From: Spizellomyces punctatus DAOM BR117
Taxonomy: Eukaryota
Length of the DNA: 64,000 nt
Direction: 5' to 3' (one strand)
Assembly (NCBI GenBank): GCA_000182565.2
Contig: KQ257452.1
The notes below the pieces were generated by a model, which was given only the letters and a program-made list of their open reading frames with translations, did no database searches and was not told the origin of the DNA. Positions 60,923-64,000 of the stretch are shown piece by piece. The position numbers were made by a program, and so were the translations under genes. The stretch's first letter is position 1; each line of letters opens with the position of its first letter.

Positions 60923-61106
60923 ATGGGATTATCGGTGTAAGGATAAATTACGCTTATAATAGTTGATAGTATACAGTGGTCAAGAATGATTCTTCTTTCA
61001 TTGGTGCTTGCCTCGCCACTGATGTATGCGCCAGATGTCATGTCATCTCATTTCATGTACATTGTATTACATATTTACAAATGTTTACGGTCATCATGAT
61101 ATATCA

Positions 61107-61720
61107 TCATGCCTTTCTACCCTTCGTTGCCTTTTTTGGCTTTGGTTTTGTCACGCTACCCTTACTTGTACTCGCTCTCTTCGAAGGAACCTCAGTCCCC
61201 TTCTCCCGCCCAACATCCACATCATCCTCTTCATCTGGATTCCAGTCGGATACTGTGACGGTTGTGACTCTCGTTGCGCTTGGGATGGTGGATACCGTTT
61301 CCGGTGTCGCTGCTTCGTCTTTGCTGGCAACGGCTTCTATGCGTTCGAGGTCGGAAACTATAAGGTGGCGCTTATTCTACGAATGCGAATAAGGTTAGGC
61401 TCTTGGGGAGCTCTAGCGCCCAACCCCGGACAAAAAATATCACATCATACATTCTCTTTACGCAATTCTCTCCGCTCCTCCTTTATTTTTTGTTCATATC
61501 GTTCCTTTGCTTTCCGCTTTTGCTCTAGTTTGCGTTTATGGAAGCCTGTCAGAAAGTCTCTGTGCTTGTGCGTCCAAAGTGAGTGAATTGCAACAATGAA
61601 ATAGTGGGATTCTTGACGGATTTCGATTTACCTTCGTGCGCTTTCATCGTAGACTAGTTCGGTGAGTTCTGTTGTTGAGCGGCGGGTGCGAGGTTTGGAC
61701 TTTAATGTTTTTCGAGCCAT
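61107..61720 (-). CDS. RRP17: Rrp17/NOL12 nucleolar rRNA-processing protein
   Basis: LVYDESARR|DFLTGFHKRKLEQKRKA motif, TTVTV strand, basic C-terminal tail. Confidence 0.85.
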
Positions 61721-61908
61721 AATGTTCTGCTTTTTTGTAGTGTTGAAAACCCCAAAAATGCAAGTTGAGTTTATGTTGTCAGCAATGGGCGCGCATCACG
61801 TGTTTTACGCACCATGGCAATGTCCGAGAGGGACTGGGGGTTTGGACAAGCCAGCGGATCTTGAGCTTCTTTGTCATAAGCATCATTGTTCCAAAAAACT
61901 CTACAAAA

Positions 61909-62609
61909 ATGACAACGACAGCAACGACTTCACCACCTGACGCAACACCCGGAACCCCCTCATCCACTGACCACGCAAAATATTTTCGAAAAGCACTGGG
62001 AGATGTCACGCCGAATAATATGGGACAGATCAAAGCAGTCAATTTGGTCCTGTTTCCTGTTAAATATAGCGACGAGTTTTATAAAGCTGCATTGCAGGTT
62101 GGGGAGTTTGCAAAACTAGGTGAGTGTAATCGTTTGAAGTAAATTCGTTTTCTGTATGGAAAGAGGCGCTAATGGTTACGTTTTTTGGGGGTAACTCTCA
62201 TAGCGTATTTTAATGACGTTTGTGTGGGGGGTGTTATTTGCGTTAAGCAGGCAGATAAGGAGACGGGAGCAAACAGACTTTATATTGCAACGCTCGGTGT
62301 TTTGGCTGCCTATAGAAGATTAGGACTGGGTATGTATGGAACTTTAGGGGTGCTTGATTATACATTTGTACGCTAACGCTACAGGTTCATCTAGGTACGA
62401 TGCTCCTCGACCACGTCCTTAGGCAAGCTGCCCTGGCAAAAGATAAACAAAAGATATCTGAAGTTTATCTACATGTGCAGACAACTAATGAGGACGCATT
62501 AGAGTTTTATAAGCATCGGGGGTTCGAGGTGACAAGTACGGAGGAGGGCTATTACAAGCAAGGCCCTGATCCAAATGCGTATGTTCTGACAAAGAAAATT
62601 GCGGCGTAG
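61909..62609 (+). CDS. NAA50: N-alpha-acetyltransferase 50 (GNAT)
   Basis: LGDVTPNNMGQIKAVNLVLFPVKYSDEFY, AYFNDVCVG, LYIATLGVLAAYRRLGLG, YLHVQTTNEDALEFY. Confidence 0.92.
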
Positions 62610-62814
62610 ATATTTGGGAATAGAATTGATTGCATTCTGACACTTTAGAGCATTATTTTATTTATACTTGACAATAAGGGTAAAAATATATTTGATATGG
62701 TCCAGAAGTTTGTAACAACAAGTGTCCACTCATGCTAACAGACGACCATCCTACTTACTGTCCAATATCGATCTATGAACCCCAGCCCCACCCCATATTA
62801 AAGCGAACCCCCTC

Positions 62815-64000
<1,186 letters not shown>

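Noticed and set aside
60976-61586. Long plus-strand ORFs of 138 and 186 aa
   Set aside because: Antisense shadows of RRP17.

Overview
Gene-dense, intron-rich eukaryotic DNA with short GT-AG introns (mostly ~60-90 nt) and CTRAY-type branch sites. The gene content points to an early-diverging flagellated fungus, most likely a chytrid; this is an inference from fungal-type Zn2Cys6, TIM54 and OPT genes sitting beside tubby, SAM-kinesin-13, MCM8, INTS3 and a SWSAP1-like gene. I can support about 29 protein-coding genes (two truncated by the window edges) and one U2 snRNA, mostly in compact head-to-head pairs. I found no CRISPR array, rRNA, tRNA or intact transposon. The most striking features are in splicing: a 2-nt micro-exon in the catalytic DHGCD motif of the EPT1/CPT1 gene, a 4-nt micro-exon in the kinesin-13 SAM domain, a start codon split by an intron (AT|G) in MRD1, an ATG-only first coding exon, a stop-introducing TAGTAG acceptor and a GC-AG intron. 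The window also carries animal-like DNA-repair or snRNA factors (SWSAP1-like, MCM8, INTS3). All exon models were spliced by hand and protein identities come from recalled family motifs, not database searches.
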